Shown here: one piece after another, positions 61,605 through 64,000 of the stretch
How the letters are laid out: each line of letters begins with the position of its first letter
Position numbering within the stretch: the first letter of the stretch is position 1
Origin: Marsupella aquatica
Taxonomy: Eukaryota; Plantae; Marchantiophyta
Assembly: GCA_973895155.1 (NCBI GenBank)
Contig: OZ316894.1
Location: 24,364,709-24,428,708, forward strand
DNA length: 64,000 nucleotides
Direction of reading: 5' to 3'
Made by a program: the position numbers and the translations under genes
The notes under the pieces: model-generated
Told to the model about the DNA's origin: nothing
What the model saw: only the letters and a program-made list of their open reading frames with translations
The model's database searches: none

Positions 61605-64000
61605 CTGGTCAGGTCAAGGGGAAAGGGCCGGACTCAAGGTCGACCGTTCGGACCCCCGGTCGGACTTTGGGTTCTGAGGGCTTGAGTGAGAGCTCCTCTT
61701 GGGCCCAAGGCCAATGGAGTTCACTCCATGGGCAATGGACACTTGGGGTACGAGCGACGGCCCGATCCGGGTTTGGCCAATGGGGGTCCCGGGTGACGAC
61801 GGAATCTGAGGGCTTAGGCATGAGCACCAGGTCGGCCCGATCACAACGGGCTAAGGCATTCCGCTTACGTATGCCTAATTAGAAAATTATGGGCCAAACG
61901 GAAACAGCGATTTGGGAAGTCCATTGGAGGACTTCTTGGGTGCGTTGGAAAGCTCTCAAGGAGGACTACGTCCTCCTGAGCTCAACTAGGTCTAGGGGTG
62001 CCATGGGTTCTCGGGGTTTGCAAGGGCTATTTTGCTCGCTTGCCAAATCCTGCCGAAACAAGAACCAAGTCGCATTCAATGTCCCAAGGGAACTCATGTT
62101 GGGAAGGCAAGGCCAAGTAGGCATGGAGATTGAGTTCCAAGGGCACTTGGCCCCTAGACCATCAGTGGGGCGAGAACCGGGAGTTGGTTGCTACCCTGGG
62201 CCCTTAGTCTTAACTAATACATGGAGGACGTGCGAACGCTCGAAGGGTAGTTTTTATTCATTTTGAACTAATAATTATAAATATTACTGGTAATAAGGGA
62301 ACTTTTAATGGTAAAATGGAAATAACAAGGGGCAAACATGACAAGGGCCCGATCGCAGGGGGGTCCACTTCATTTACATGGAGTGAGGGCCCAGGGGGTT
62401 GCTAGAGTCGGGGCCATTCTGGTCCTAGCTTGTTAGGACAAGCTTGGGACAAGCTTTAGGACAAGCTATGTTACTTGGACCATGAGCATGTCCTAGGGGA
62501 AGGGCGGTCAGTTGGTGATGAATAGGTACGAGGGGGAACCCGGGCTCCACCCGAAGAGGGGTTGTTCTAGACAAACAGTGGGTGTCTATTGTTTGCACAA
62601 GCAACCAACCACATTGGTAAGTAACCCGCCTTGATCTCGGATCCCAAGACCATTGTCTTATCTGAAGCTCAGGGGTTTCACTTCCACAAAAATGGCACAT
62701 CACGTGCGACGAAGGATAGGGTCATTTTATTGGTTTGAAGGGAAGACTTAAGATTTGTTGTAGACGGACAATAGGGTCTTTTAAATTCAATTTTGAGGCT
62801 TATAAGAATATTAGGGTCTTTCTAAACAATTTTTTGGAATATTCCAACTTTATAGGGGTTGAAACATAAAAAAAATTCTTACATTTTAGGGGGTCCGAGG
62901 TCTAAAAATGTTGCAGGGGATGGGGAGCCGTCCATATAGTGAGACCCCCGAGGTCGTTAGTAGAATGGATAGAGCCTCTCAAGCCGCACGGCCTTGCCAT
63001 GAGCTGAAACTTAAGTTCGGTGCCCATTGTTTGCCCAGAATATCCCCTTTATCGAGTGTCGCTCGAGCTTCCCCACTTTCTATCTGTCACCGGTTGACTG
63101 CCCTCCCTCCAAGACATGGCCACGGCCCAAATAGCTAGCTTGTTCCAAAGCTTTCCCAAATGTTGGGACCAGTTCAACCCAAACTCTAGCAACCATCTCC
63201 ACGGCTCTAATCAATCAAGAGTCCAAGGGCAGGATGCACTTAAACCTCAACCCCCATGCCTACTCTGTGTTGTCTCCCCAACGCAAGCTCCCATGGGAAA
63301 TTGAATGCGGTTTGGTTGCTATTTTGAAAGATTGGCCAGTGGGCGAGAGAACCCTTTGCAAACCGTTGATGACCAAGGCACCCACGGACTGAGCTGAGAT
63401 CAGGACTATGTAGTCCTCCTCGAGAGATTTCCAGCACAACCATGAAGTCCTCGAACATACTTCCTGTTGAGGAGGTATTGTCATTTCCATTCCCGTTTCC
63501 ATTTGACGTTTCCCCTTAGTAGCACCATTGTCGCACTTCACAACTTGGGCTTGCTCCTGGCCCACTAAGAGACACCACTCCCCTCGTCTATGCTTCTAGA
63601 CAGCTGTCACCCCCAACTAACTTTGGTCCCCTATTTTTGGCTCTTTATCAGGATTCCAACCCAATCGACTAGACACAAAACTAACTTGCAGACCCATAAC
63701 TTTCTAGTTAGACAAACATAGGAAAAAAGCCTTACCTGAAGCCTCAGCCTGTTATGATCCGGCAGACGCAATGCTCATGCCTGGGCCCTCAGATCTCATC
63801 GTCAGTTTGGGTTCCGGATGGCTACACCCGAGTCACGGCGTATATCTCATGCGCCAAGCGTCCGTTCCGCATGAACTAAGTTTCTTTGGCCTTGGGCCCA
63901 AGAAGAGCTCTCCCTCAAGCCCTCAGAACTCCAAGTCCTTTTGGGGGTCTAGACGGTCCGCCCCGAGCTCGCCCTTCCCATGACCCGACCAGTTCCCAAT
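61605..64000. repeat. Large degenerate inverted repeat (foldback), running off the window end
   Basis: ~61605-61860 matches the reverse complement of ~63740-63992; ~61900-62110 matches ~63270-63500; ~62395-62550 matches ~63055-63200. Confidence 0.85.

Overview
Eukaryotic, intron-containing land-plant DNA, most likely a liverwort: the hydrolase-NB-ARC-LRR receptor class seen here was described from Marchantia. 1-20 kb is mostly transposon debris: host gene fragments (GT8 glycogenin-like, SPT16), a ~185-bp tandem array, a spliced Plavaka-type transposase and a MULE/SWIM-type transposase pseudogene. 20-41 kb looks like a defence/accessory block: a small plant TM protein, an alpha/beta-hydrolase-NB-ARC-LRR gene with a very recent 420-bp LRR duplication and a frameshift, a copia-like solo LTR, a Cys-rich secreted protein of fungal KP4/Ecp2-like appearance, and an intronless bacterial-type secreted hydrolase. 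41-60 kb holds two conserved housekeeping genes (cactin, PIG-W/GWT1). Between them sits the most striking feature: an apparently intact, spliced tyrosine-recombinase (DUF3504/Crypton-like) gene with no reverse transcriptase, bounded by a ~110-120-bp direct repeat, a 31-bp inverted repeat and a long palindrome. The window ends in a ~2.4-kb degenerate foldback. All calls come from manual reading and motif recall; no searches were run, and exon boundaries are hand-predicted from GT-AG sites and reading frame.
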